In this document: piece after piece, positions 1 to 13,037 of the stretch | How the letters are laid out: each line of letters begins with the position of its first letter | Position numbering within the stretch: the first letter of the stretch is position 1 | Assembly: GCA_964016885.1 (NCBI GenBank) | Contig: OZ024764.1 | Span: 15,872,001-15,936,000, forward strand | DNA: 64,000 bases | DNA from: Eledone cirrhosa | Lineage: Eukaryota | Direction of reading: 5' to 3' | The notes under the pieces: model-generated | The model's input: only the letters and a program-made list of their open reading frames with translations | Database searches by the model: none | Told to the model about the DNA's origin: nothing | Program-made: the position numbers and the translations under genes

Positions 1-871
1 ACCACTACCACCACCACCACCACCATCACCACCACCTCACCACCACCACCACCGCCTCTGTTAGGCTTAATGTAATACAGGCGTGTCCGGTTATCTCATT
101 TCTTCTTCTTCTCCCCATCCCCACCCATCTTTTGCACCCCTTCCCCACAACCCCCCCACACTATTTGTCATCTTCTCTTCACCCCCCCCCCCAACAGCCA
201 CTCCCTTCATTGTCTTGTTTAGTTTGCTGTTTCTGTTTCATCCCTTCTCGGGGGGGGGGGGGGGGGGATTATTGCCCCGGTGGGGTGGGTGTTTTATGTA
301 TATGTTACCAGCTTTGTGTGCTAAAGGGTTCAAATTCTGACCTTCCTCCTTCATTAATAGAAAGACCTGGGTCTGATCTGATGATCAGCTCCTTTCTTCT
401 GCCAGGAGTTGTAACTGACAGATAGTATCAGTAATGGAAAGACCAATGGAGACATTGTTTCCTTGGTCTGATCTGATGATCAGTTCCTTTCTTCTGCCAG
501 GAGTTGTGACTGACAGACAGATGGAGAACTTTCTCGCATTCATCAGTGGCGATTGTCAAACTGAGATCAGGTTATGTTGTGATGTGTGACTATATATAAG
601 AGAGATTTGGATGTGTCTGGGGTGGGTGGGGTGCAATGTTAATAAGTGTGGGAGTGAAGGAGTGTTGATGAAAATTTAAAGGAATTAAAACATACACACA
701 TACATATATATATACACATATACATATATACATGTATACACAGAAAATGGTGAATGGTAACAGCAAGATAATTGAATGGGAGTGAAGTTGGGTCTTTTTT
801 AAAGAGTGTTTAAGAAAGAGGCTGTAAAAGTCCCCTCCTGCTGGTTCCATTTCAATAAATGACCTATATAC

Positions 872-918
<47 letters not shown>

Positions 919-1050
919 AATTGTTTCTACGTTAGGCACAAGGCCAGCAATTACCCAGTGTATTACTGGTACTTTATTTTATCGACCCCGTAAGGATGAA
1001 AGGCAAAGTTAACCTCGGCGGGATTTGAACTTTAATAATATATGTATATA

Positions 1051-1390
1051 TGGTGCATGGCTTAGTGGTTAGAGCATTGGCCTTGCAATCGAAAGGTTGC
1101 GAGTTCAATTCTCAGACCGGGTGATGTGTTGTGTCCTTGAGCAAGACACTTTATTTCACATTGCTCCAGTTTACTCAGCTGTAGAAATGAGATGATAGGG
1201 ACTGGGGTCCCTATCATTCCACTGTAAAGTGGTCGTGGAAGTGCCACGGCAAAAAAGCACCCAGCACTCACTGTAAATGAGGTTGGTGTTAGGAAGGGCA
1301 TACAGCTGTAGAAATCAAGCCAGAATCAGTTCCCGTCCCACCCTTGCAAGCAGGGAAAAGCGGACGTAAAATGAAATGATGAAATGATAT
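1051..1390 (+). mobile_element. tRNA-derived SINE family A (also 18959-19290, 27839-28133, 54278-54610 on -, and partial copies)
   Basis: A box tggcttagtgg, B box agttcaattc, core gtccttgagcaagacactt, short-repeat tail; several near-identical copies. Confidence 0.88.
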
Positions 1391-1830
1391 ATATATATGT
1401 ATATATATATCAAGATGGCATAGGACAGAACAAAGGAGAGGCACAAAAACAAAGAAAAGAACCCCCAGTCACTGAAGAGGTCACAGAATGTGTGACGAAA
1501 GAACTTTGACAATATATAAACAACCATCTTGTTGTGGAACCAACCAACCAACCGGAAATTTATAAATTCCTAAATTTATAAATTTATTATAATAAATTGA
1601 AGTGAAAAACAACTGGTGCCGTGTGTTTCTTATTGGCAACATGACCCTCCCAAAGTATAACAATATCGGTTTCAACACACGATTTCAGATAAAGAATCTT
1701 GCTAAACAAATTCAGAAACGAAATATATATGTATATATATATATGGAAAGTTATATTTAAATTGTTGGGTTACAACGAGTAAATATTTATAACTGATATA
1801 AAAGCACTCAACAAGGATTTGGAGTATATT

Positions 1831-2201
1831 TACGATATTAAATAAATGGAAACTATATTTATAAAACCATATTTATTTCATTATATATATTTCAGGGATA
1901 TCATATTAACAATATGTTATGCCTTCTTCAGACAAAATACAATATAGACAGTTTTATAGATAAATAGATTTGACATACCGTTCAACATCGACTTGTATTT
2001 GAAAAAGTTGATCTGCCAAATCAACTTTTTCAAATACAAGTCGATGTTGTACGGTATGTCAAATCTATTTATCTATAAAACTGTCTATATTGTATTTTGT
2101 CTGAGGAAGGCATAACATATTGTTAATATGATATCCCTGAAATATATATAATGAAATAAATATGGTTTTATAAATATAGTTTCCATTTATTTAATATCGT
2201 A
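1831..2201. repeat. Near-perfect fold-back palindrome, arms about 182 bp, 7-nt loop at 2013-2019
   Basis: Arms are reverse complements with about 2 mismatches. Confidence 0.95.
2093..2158 (+). ncRNA. Minimal type I hammerhead ribozyme motif (mirror copy on - strand at about 1874-1939)
   Basis: tattttgt-CTGAGGA-stem II-GAAA-tatata-TA-atgaaata; stem I pairs over 8 positions including G-U pairs. Confidence 0.68.
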
Positions 2202-3191
2202 TGTATATATATATATATTTATATATTTATATTTATATATACATATACATATATATATATGTGTGTGTGTGTTTGTGAAATATATTGTGACCATTGCCCC
2301 AAATTTGAAGCTACCCCCTCCCCCCTACTTTACATTTAAATTATAGGTTTCTCCGCCATCCCCAGCCCCAGAACTTCTAATTGCTTTGTGAGTAGGTGGG
2401 GGTGGGGGAGACAGCCAATGTCCTCCACTGTCATCATCACCAGTAAAATCATCACTATCATCATCACCATCATCACTACCATCACCCCCCCATAATCATC
2501 ACCACCGCCAGCACCATCAACACCACCTCACCGCCGCCGCCACCACCACCACCACCAACACTACACCACTACCAACACTACACCACCACCACCACCAACA
2601 CTACACGACGACCACCACCACCACCAAAACCACCACCACCAACACTACACCACCACCACCACCACCACCACCACCAACACTACACCACCACCAAACCACC
2701 ACCAACACTACACCACCACCAACACTACACCACTACACCACCACCACCAACACTACACCACCACCACCACCACCACCACCATTACACCATCACCACCACC
2801 GCCACTACCACCACCATCACCACCACAACCACCAAAACCACCACAACCACCACCACCACCACCACCAACACTACACCACCACAACCACCACCACAACCAC
2901 CACCACCACCACCACCACAACCACCACCACCACCACTGCCAACACCCTTGAAACTCCATCTTATCTGTTACTCAGCCAATGTTCATCCTGCCCCCTCCCA
3001 CCTGTCGCGTAGCACCCCCCACCCGTCGCGTAGCACCCCCCCCCACACGACCCCCTCCCCCACCCCTGGCCCTGGGGTGGGGACAGAAGACACAACACCC
3101 AGATTGTTAGACTTAAAGTGATATACTGTCTTCTGAAGATATTGTCACTCTCCAGTAACTGAAAACCATAAAACACTGACAGCACAGGCTG

Positions 3192-3241
<50 letters not shown>

Positions 3242-3263
3242 TCACACACACACACTCTCAGAC

Positions 3264-3330
<67 letters not shown>

Positions 3331-3345
3331 CACACACTCTCAGAC

Positions 3346-3429
<84 letters not shown>

Positions 3430-3437
3430 TCTCAGAC

Positions 3438-3493
<56 letters not shown>

Positions 3494-3690
3494 CCATACA
3501 CACACATATATATATATATCTGTATATATATATAGACAGATATATATACATCTGCGTGTGTTTAAAGTGTAATGAGGAAGTTATATATCATGCAGAACTT
3601 TATTGCAGTGTAATTAAACTAATATACATCACATATATACACACACACAGACTCACATACATACATCTATACATATATACGCACATACAT

Positions 3691-3744
<54 letters not shown>

Positions 3745-3747
<3 letters not shown>

Positions 3748-4625
3748 ACGATCCTTGGTGGTCTGCTCTCACGGCCCATGTTTTTTGTGGTCTTCCTTCT
3801 ACTGCATCTTCCTTCCACCGGGATTTCTTGGCACTTCTTTACCCAGTGGTCATCCTCCATGTACATCACATGTCCATACCATCTCAGTCTTCTCTCCCAC
3901 ACACTACAACTTATCCCTCTTATACCCAGTTTCTCTCTCAACACATCACATGTCCATACCATCTCAGTCTTCTCTCCCACACACCACAGCTTATCCCTCT
4001 TATACACAGTTTCTCTCTCAACACATCACATGTCCATACCATCTCAGTCTTCTCTCCCACACACCACAGCTTATCCCTCTTATACCCAGTTTCTCTCTCA
4101 ACACATCACATGTCCATACCATCTCAGTCTTCTCTCCCACACACCACAACTTATCCCTCTTATACCCAGTTCCTCTCTCAACACATCACATATCCATACC
4201 ATCTCAGCCTTCCCTCCCACACACCACAACTTATCCCTCTTATACCCAGTTTCTCTCTCAACTCATCACATGTCCATACCATCTCAGTCTTCTCTCCCAC
4301 ACACCACAACTTATCCCTCTTATACACAGTTTCTCTCTCAACACATCACATGTCCATACCATCTCAGTCTTCTCTCCCACACACCACAACTTATCCCTCT
4401 TATACACAGTTTCTCTCTCAACTCATCACATGTCCATACCATCTCAGTCTTCTCTCCCACACACCACAACTTATCCCCCTTATACCCAGTTTCTCTCTCA
4501 ACTCATCACATGTCCATACCATCTCAGTCTTCTCTCCCACACACCACAACTTATCCCTCTTATACACAGTTTCTCTCTCAACTCATCTATGCTTGGTCAT
4601 TCACGCACATTGACATTGCACATCC
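3745..4625 (-). mobile_element. RTE-type LINE 3' fragment with an internal 80-bp unit amplified about 9 times
   Basis: [22 protein letters not shown]...VEGRCSRR; period 80 (acacatcaca at 3941, 4021). Confidence 0.85.
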
Positions 4626-6522
4626 ATATATCTATATATCTATATCTATATATATAGATATATGGATGTACCAGTCCAGTACCAGCCACGTACTGGGGTA
4701 GATTCTAACTCTATATCTCTCTCTCACTTCACGGCCTGTATATATACAAGCTAGATTATGTAAAGATACTTTGTGAAGACATATCCTCTGTCCCAACTGT
4801 TGTCAATTAAATATAACTAACTGTTTATATACATAAATATCACAACTACAAATATTTATATATTATAAATATTTGATTTGGTTATAGGGGTCAGCTGTGG
4901 TGATAGTGGTGGTAGTGGGGAGGGGGGATCTATATAGAGGGGACACTTTATATATTAAGATATAGCAGCTAAATATCCCTCAATTTACATGCTACTCTCT
5001 CAGATGTGTGTATGTGTGTGTATCTATGTGTGTGTATATATACACATATATATATATATATATCAGAGTTTTCCTTCTCCTAGAATTCTGCCTTGACAAT
5101 GATGTTGACCCCTTAGCCTTTGTCAAGGCAGAATTCTAGGAGAAGGAAAACTCTGATATAACACCTGCAACCCTGATGGTATCCAATGATGTTGACTTGT
5201 TCTTCTTTTTGGTAAATATCATCTTGGTTAAGAGAGTGGGACTGGCTTTGTGCAGTGCCTTTGGTCTCTATAAAAGCTTCACGGCACAGGCATTGCTTTA
5301 TATCTGGAGATCTCTCTGCACTTGTCATTACATGGTACCATGGGCCCAGCACTGTGTGTCAATAATTGTCACAGGTGTAGTGTTTGTACCAGAGTTTTCA
5401 AGTCGCTGGCTGGACTAAAAAGTCACACTCGTTCAGCGCATCGGTAGGGGCTCTCAACACACGTTTCAACACACGTTTTCAGATAAAGAATCTTACTAAA
5501 CAAATTCAGAAATGAAATATATATATATATGTATATATATACATGGAAACCAGACTAGGGGCCCTCTACATGGTAGCTGGATTTGTTGATAAGAGCAGCT
5601 AAATCTCCCTCAAACCATGACACACACAACCTCCTCTGAACCAGAAACCCAACAATTCCTTCCACCCCACTCCACCCTTACCTCCAGCCCTTACCTCCAC
5701 TCCACACCTCCACTCCACACCTCCACTCCACTCCAACCTCTACTCCACTCCACCCTGTGCCATCTGTTTTATCAGTAAAACATGTAAAGGTTGACCTGTG
5801 ACACAGTGACCTGGTCTGACCTCTAGGGGTTATATACTGATGCTAATTCAGCCACACCCCACCACCACCACCACCACCACCACCACCACCACCACCACCA
5901 CCACCACCACCACCACCACCACCACCACCATCACCACCACCACCACCACCACCACCACCACCACCACCACCACCATCACCACCACCAGTACCACCACCAC
6001 CACCACCATCACCACCACCACCACCACCACCACCACCACCACCACCACCACCACCATCACCACCACCACCACCACCACCATCACCACCACCACCACCACC
6101 ATCACCACCACCACCACCACCACCACCACCACCACCACCACCACCACCACCATCACCACCACCAGTACCACCACCACCACCACCACCATCACCACCACCA
6201 CCACCACCACCACCACCACCACCACCACCACCACCACCATCACCACCATCACCGCCACCACCACCATCACCACCATCACCACCACCACCACCACCACCAC
6301 CACCACCATCACCACCACCATCACCACCACCACCATCACCACCATCACCACCACCACCACCACCACCACCATTATTTAGGGACCAGCTGTTTCAGTTGAT
6401 AGCATCAGGCATATATACATATATGTGTGTATATATATATATATGTATACACACACACACATTTATATATAAATATATATACACACACGCATTTATAAAT
6501 ATATATACACACACACACATTT

Positions 6523-6561
<39 letters not shown>

Positions 6562-6586
6562 AATATATATACACACACACACATTT

Positions 6587-6639
<53 letters not shown>

Positions 6640-7260
6640 TTTATATATATATATATATAAATATATATATATATACACACACACACACATACACACACAT
6701 ATAGACAAAATAACACACATTTATACATACAGGAAAAACAGCCAGTTATATGATGAAATATATATATATATATATACACAGGTAGTGAATTGTCAGTCAA
6801 TAGATTATCAGAATACTTTGTGGCATCCATTCCAACTCTTTGCTCTCATCAACATCATCATCATCATCATCAACATCATCATCATCATCATCATCATCAA
6901 CATCATCATCATCATCATCATCACCATCACCATCATCATCATCATCATCATGCACACGTGTGTGTATCATGACTCGTGCACTGTTCATTTTCCTGATGTT
7001 TGTGCATTGCCCTATGTACTGTACATGCACCTTTGATGAATTGTGGTGCACCTGGGCACTGTACACAATATTTCATATGAATTGGCAGTATCCGTAGAGG
7101 GTCGGACGCCATTCTTTCCAGCATAGTTACGTCCCTTTACAGTCTGAGTTCAAATCCCGCCGAGGTTAACTTTGCCTTTCATCCTTACGGGGTCGATAAA
7201 ATAAAGTACCAGTAATGTACTGGGGTAATTGTTGGCCTTGTGCCTAAAGTAGAAACAGTT

Positions 7261-7484
7261 ATTATTATTATTATTATATCATCATCACCATCATCATTCG
7301 TCGACTACTGTCGAGATGATGGATCTCACCCTCATGCCCCAGAATTCCCTGTCCCCCATCGCTGCCCCCAGGTCCTGTCTGCTGATTGCCGTATCCCTAG
7401 AGGTAACGTCAGGGAATGACAGCTTCCTACTCCTAGTCAGGCTGGAATCAGGGTTCCAGAGCAAGAGAGCGGATATGATTTCTT
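7261..7484 (-). mobile_element. RTE-X-like LINE 3' end
   Basis: Minus strand reads EIISALLLWNP...SFPDVTSRDT...AMGDREFW...VVDE*, followed by a (TGA)/(TAA) tail. Confidence 0.65.
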
Positions 7485-8394
7485 ACACTGTTCACTTCCC
7501 TGACATTTGTACATTATTCTATGTACTGTACATGCACCTTTGATGAGTTGTAGTGCACCTGAGCACTGTACACAATAATTTCATTATTATTATTATTATC
7601 ATTTTACGTCTGCTTTTCCCTGCTTGCAAGGGTGGGACGGGTCTTATTAAGCACAGCATCTCTCCATTTGTCACGGTCCTTGCTCATCTCCTATGTGAGG
7701 TCCAGCGATCTAAGGTCAGCTCTCACCAGATAAGACTAAGTATAAGTGTTAACATCAATATAGTATAGAGCAAGAGCATAAGAAAATTGAACAGATTTTT
7801 GTCCCTTTAGCCCCCCCCCCCCCCCCCCCCCAGTGTTGGTCTATTCTTTCTCCTATGCTTCGAGCTGCATAAATCGGAGCACGGGTTCCCAAGATATGTG
7901 GTTTTTCCGAGTACCTTCATAAACAGAGAGAGAGCGAGCGAGAGATAGAGAGAAAGAGATAGTGGTTGTGGGAGAGAAGATTGAAAGAGAGACATAGAGA
8001 GAAGGAGAGGACAGAGAGAAGAGGAATGGAAGAGAGAGAGAGAGAGAGAGAGCATGTGATGTCGTTGTATATATATATACAGGCATTGCTTTATATCTGG
8101 AGATCTCTCTGCACTTGTCGTCACATGGTACCATGGGCCCAGCACTATGTGTCAATAATTGTCACAAGTGTAGTGTTTGTACCAGAGTTTCCAAGTCTCT
8201 GGCTGGACTAAAAAGTCACACTCGTTCAGCGCATCGGTAGGGGTTCTCCTACATGGATATAAAGTAGTGGCTGTACTCGAAAACGAGTTGGCAGCCACCA
8301 TATATATATATGTGTGTGTGCGTGTATATGACCAGTGTATATAGATCAGAGACACACACACACATATATATATATACACACATAATATATATAC

Positions 8395-8920
8395 CCCAGT
8401 GTTGGTCTATTCTTTCTCCTATACTTCGAGCTGTCTCACCTATGTATGTCGTTGTCATGTTTCTGCAAGTACCTTCTGTACATCTTATGCTACAGACTAC
8501 ATTTCTAGTTTTACAATTTATCTGGGGGTTCATTCTACATATAACACATTTTTTTATTAGTACAGTGGGTTTTCTTAAAGGGGTATATTTTGCTGATCAG
8601 GGATTTTATGGTAGTTCCTGGCTTTTCTACCACTTTTATCTTTAGATGCGTCTTTCTTAGGGCCTTTCTACATTGGTTATCTAATTCTCATCCAGGGGTT
8701 GTGTCCACGAACACGACACTCTGGTATCTCTGGTTGTCGTACCATGAAGTGGCTTTCCCTATCTTACGTTTAGTCCTATCTAAGCTATTCCATGATTTGC
8801 TCCTGTATAATGAACAAATCCCTTTCATGTCCATTTCTATGAGGGTCTTATACTTCTCTGTGGCTCCTTTGTATACTCTAATTCTGTCTCTTTGGTTGTA
8901 GCCAGAGAACTGCATGCTGG
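8395..8920 (-). mobile_element. Penelope-like retroelement fragment (RT C-terminal linker and GIY-YIG start)
   Basis: MQFSGY...LYRSKSW...WY...SVVFVDTTPG, then NCKTRNVVCSIRC...YIGETARSIGERIDQH; a short duplicate lies at about 7831-7867. Confidence 0.75.
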
Positions 8921-9171
8921 GGTTCCATTTGGTCTGGTGAGGGAGCAGGTTTAGTCCCTATCAGGGAACAGACTTGCAGAAGCCAGAATGTTGAGGTAGA
9001 AGGAGAGAGAATAAAAAAAAACAAGGGATTAAAGAAGCTGAAAATTTGTTAGGGTGGAGTTATGTGGGGCTGGTGGTTGGTGGTGGTGGTGGTGGTGTAG
9101 ATAAGGATGAAACCTATAGGGTTGTGTTGTGGCAGTAGTGGTGGTGTAGAGGTGGTGGTGGTGTTGTGGCA

Positions 9172-9232
<61 letters not shown>

Positions 9233-9234
9233 CA

Positions 9235-9293
<59 letters not shown>

Positions 9294-9879
9294 AAATATA
9301 CATCATATATGTATATATATACATATATATATATATATGTATAAATATACATATATATATATATGTTTCATTATTCAAATTAGTGCACCACCACACCACG
9401 AACTAAACCCCCCCCCCCCCGTCAGATCCGCCCCCACCACCCCCACCATACCATCTGACACTCACCACAACGAAACCCCCCCCCCCCCCATCCCCCCACC
9501 CACCACCACCATCCCGCCCCATGTCCCACCCCACCCACCACCACCCACCCCCTGTCCCCACCCCACCCACCATACCATCTGACACCCTCCTCTAAGTGGT
9601 TGTGCCACATATTTTTGTATATTTCCGGTATATTTTGTCAACTAAATTAACTTAGGAATCTAATTCATTTACTTATTCATTTCTACCTTCTTCCAGCCCC
9701 CCCCCCTCCGGGGTGTGTTCTGGGTGTGGGGCACTTCTTTAGTTCTTCCGTTCTCTCCCACCCGTGCCCCACACTACATTTCCGCTCCCTCCCATCTCAG
9801 TTTCCATTACACCTGTATGTAGTTAGGGCTTTATGTGCAGTCAGCGTTTCACATTTACAATTCACCCATTCTTAACTCC

Positions 9880-10757
9880 CCCTCTATCTCTGTCTGTCTC
9901 TCTCTCTCTATCTCTGTCTCTCTCTCTGTCTCTCTATCTCTGTCTGTCTCTCTCTCTGTCTCTCTATCTCTGTCTGTCTCTCTCTCTCTGTCTATCTCTG
10001 TCTGTCTGTCTCTCTGTCTCTCTATCTCTGTCTGTCTCTCTGTCTCTCTATCTCTGTCTGTCTCTCTCTCTGTCTCTCTATCTCTGTCTGTCTCTCTCTC
10101 TGTCTCTCTATCTCTGTCTGTCTCTCTCTCTGTCTCTCTATCTCTGTCTGTCTCTCTCTCTGTCTCTCTATCTCTGTCTGTCTCTCTCTCTGTCTATCTC
10201 TGTCTGTCTCTCTCTCTGTCTCTCTATCTCTGTCTGTCTCTCTCTCTGTCTCTCTATCTCTGTCTCTCTATCTCTGTCTGTCTCTCTCTCTCTGTCTCTC
10301 TCTCTGTCTCTCTGTCTCTCTGTCTCTCTCTCTCTGTCTGTCTCTCTCTGTCTATCTCTGTCTGTCTCTCTCTCTGTCTCTCTATCTCTGTCTGTCTCTC
10401 TCTCTGTCTCTCTATCTCTGTCTGTCTCTCTCTCTGTCTCTCTCTCTCTGTCTCTCTCTCTCTCTCTCTGTCTCTCTATCTCTGTCTGTCTCTCTCTCTG
10501 TCTATCTCTGTCTGTCTCTCTCTCTGTCTCTCTATCTCTGTCTGTCTCTCTCTCTGTCTCTCTATCTCTGTCTCTCTATCTCTGTCTGTCTCTCTCTCTC
10601 TGTCTCTCTCTCTGTCTCTCTGTCTCTCTCTCTCTGTCTGTCTCTCTCTGTCTATCTCTGTCTGTCTCTCTCTCTGTCTCTCTATCTCTGTCTGTCTCTC
10701 TCTCTGTCTCTCTATCTCTGTCTGTCTCTCTCTCTGTCTCTCTCTCTCTGTCTATCA

Positions 10758-10801
<44 letters not shown>

Positions 10802-10822
10802 GTCTGTCTCTCTGTCTGTCTC

Positions 10823-10893
<71 letters not shown>
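9880..10893. repeat. Compound (CT)/(CTGT)/(CTAT) microsatellite; many other (TA), (CA), (ACC), (GA) and (CTCCT) tracts occur throughout
   Basis: Low-complexity sequence; other examples at 5855-6370, 25440-26170, 39900-40600, 55380-57650. Confidence 0.97.
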
Positions 10894-10897
<4 letters not shown>

Positions 10898-11441
10898 GTC
10901 TCCCCATATTACAAAAAGTACTATCAATACAATAGAAACATCAGCAACAACTACACTGCACATACCCAAGACCCACAAAGCCGTGCTCGTGCCCGGTAAA
11001 GCAGTCAGGATGTGCAATAAAAATAGTAATAAAAATAATATTACGACTCCATTTAAAGTTATCAAGGGGAACTATATCTTCCATACTTAAATGTAATGTT
11101 TGAGTAGGCCTGGGGTCTTGATGGCGTCTGGTGCGTAGAAATAGCGCCAGGACAAACCCCAGAATTTGTTTATTCTATGTTCTTCTGCGAGACGGGCAGC
11201 GATGCTGGGGTTTGTGGATCTACCAGGGGGAACTATATCTTCCATATTTAAATGTAATGTTTCTTTATGATAATTTCAAATAATTTGCTGTCTGTGAGAG
11301 AAGATCAGGTTTTAGAGGCGAAGACAAAATTGTTTGCTTAAACTTTTTATCTGTGCTAATATATTTTCATAAAGATACTCATATACACTAACACACACAC
11401 ATATATATATATGTGTGTATATGTATGTGTATATATGTATG

Positions 11442-11474
<33 letters not shown>

Positions 11475-11691
11475 GAATATATATATATATGTGTATGTAT
11501 GTATGTATGTATGTATGTATGTATATATATGAATATATATATGTGTGTGTGTATGTATATATATGTATGTATATATATGTGTGTATGTATATATATGTAT
11601 GTATATATATATATATATATACACACATTTGTATATATATATGTATGTATATTTATATATTTGTATATATATATATATATATATATTTGTA

Positions 11692-11749
<58 letters not shown>

Positions 11750-13037
11750 CCTTCCATCATAATATTATGTAAGAACCTTTGTTAAGTTATGTTCCAAACA
11801 CCATCTCAAAGTGTTTGTATTTATCTAAAAACCTTCCATCATAATGTTATGTAAGAACCTTTGTTAAGTTATGTTCCAAACACCAACAGTGTCTTTCAGT
11901 AGAAATATGGTAGAAGACAGTTGTGTGATGTGTTTTCGTTGAAAGTGTGGTGAGGAAAGGGTCAAAGATAGTCCCAGATTCCATAACTGAGATCTGACAG
12001 ATGCCATGTGATAAGAAAATGGCTCTGTCTGGACTGAACACATCTGGCGTCTGTTTCTATGGTGATAAAGAAACACCGTTGACTTGCAGAGACCAGATTG
12101 TCATGATATGTGCAAATGTCATGCGTACACATGCATTCCTGTGTCATATGTGGTGTGTGTGTGGGTGTGTCTATGTGTGTCTGTATATAGGTGGGGGTGT
12201 TGTGTGTGTGTCTGTGTATGTATGTATGTGGTGTTGTGTGTGTGTGTTTATATATATGTATGTGTGTCTGTGTATGTATGTATGTGGTGTTGTGTGTGTC
12301 TGTCTGTGTTTATATATATGTATGTGTGTCTGTGTATGTATGTATGTATGTGGTGTTGTGTGTGTCTGTCTGTGTATGAGGGGTGTGTGTGTGTGTGTGT
12401 GTGCGTGTCTGTCTATATATATGTGTGTCTGTATATAGGTGGGGATGTTGTGTGTGTGTCTGTATATGTATGTATGTGGTGTTGTGTGTGTCTGTCTGTG
12501 TATGAGGGGTGTGTGTGTGTGTGTGTGCGTGTCTGTCTATATATATGTGTGTCTGTATATAGGTGGGGGTGTTGTGTGTGTGTCTGTATATGTATGTATG
12601 TGGTGTTGTGTGTGTGTGTGTGTGTGTGGCGTTGTGTGTGTGTGTGTGTGTGTCTGTCTATGTGTATGTATGTGTGTATAGGTGGGGGAGTTGTGTGTGT
12701 GTGTAGGTACAGGTGTTGTGTGTGTATATATGTATGTGTGTGTGTGTGTGTCTATGTATGTGTATGGGAGGTGTTGTATGTCTGTTACTCTCTCACACAT
12801 CCCTTGCTGAGCCCTCGCCCTCCATTACAGTCAGGACATTGCCCTCTCAGTAAACATTTAGGCTGTGAAGTTCTGTGTCTTAGTCTTTAGAATGTTTGGC
12901 TCACAATCATAAGATTGAGAGTTCAATTCCCAGTAAGCAATGCCAGATTTACCATTGTGCTTAGGTGTGCTTAAGCACAGGTCCCCGTTGGCCAGGGAGC
13001 GGCCTGTCTCCTTGTCCCAAAATTTTTTCACCTCCAA

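Noticed and set aside
368-520. Duplicated ctgatga...ctga segment as a C/D snoRNA or ribozyme
   Set aside because: Box C lacks the leading purine and no GAAA is correctly placed; it looks like a local duplication of about 95 bp.
1051-1125. tRNA gene
   Set aside because: SINE head: A and B boxes continue into the SINE core and tail, and no complete cloverleaf is evident.
2961-3185. Possible minus-strand exon after a ttttcag acceptor
   Set aside because: No recognisable peptide, no clear donor and no partner exons.
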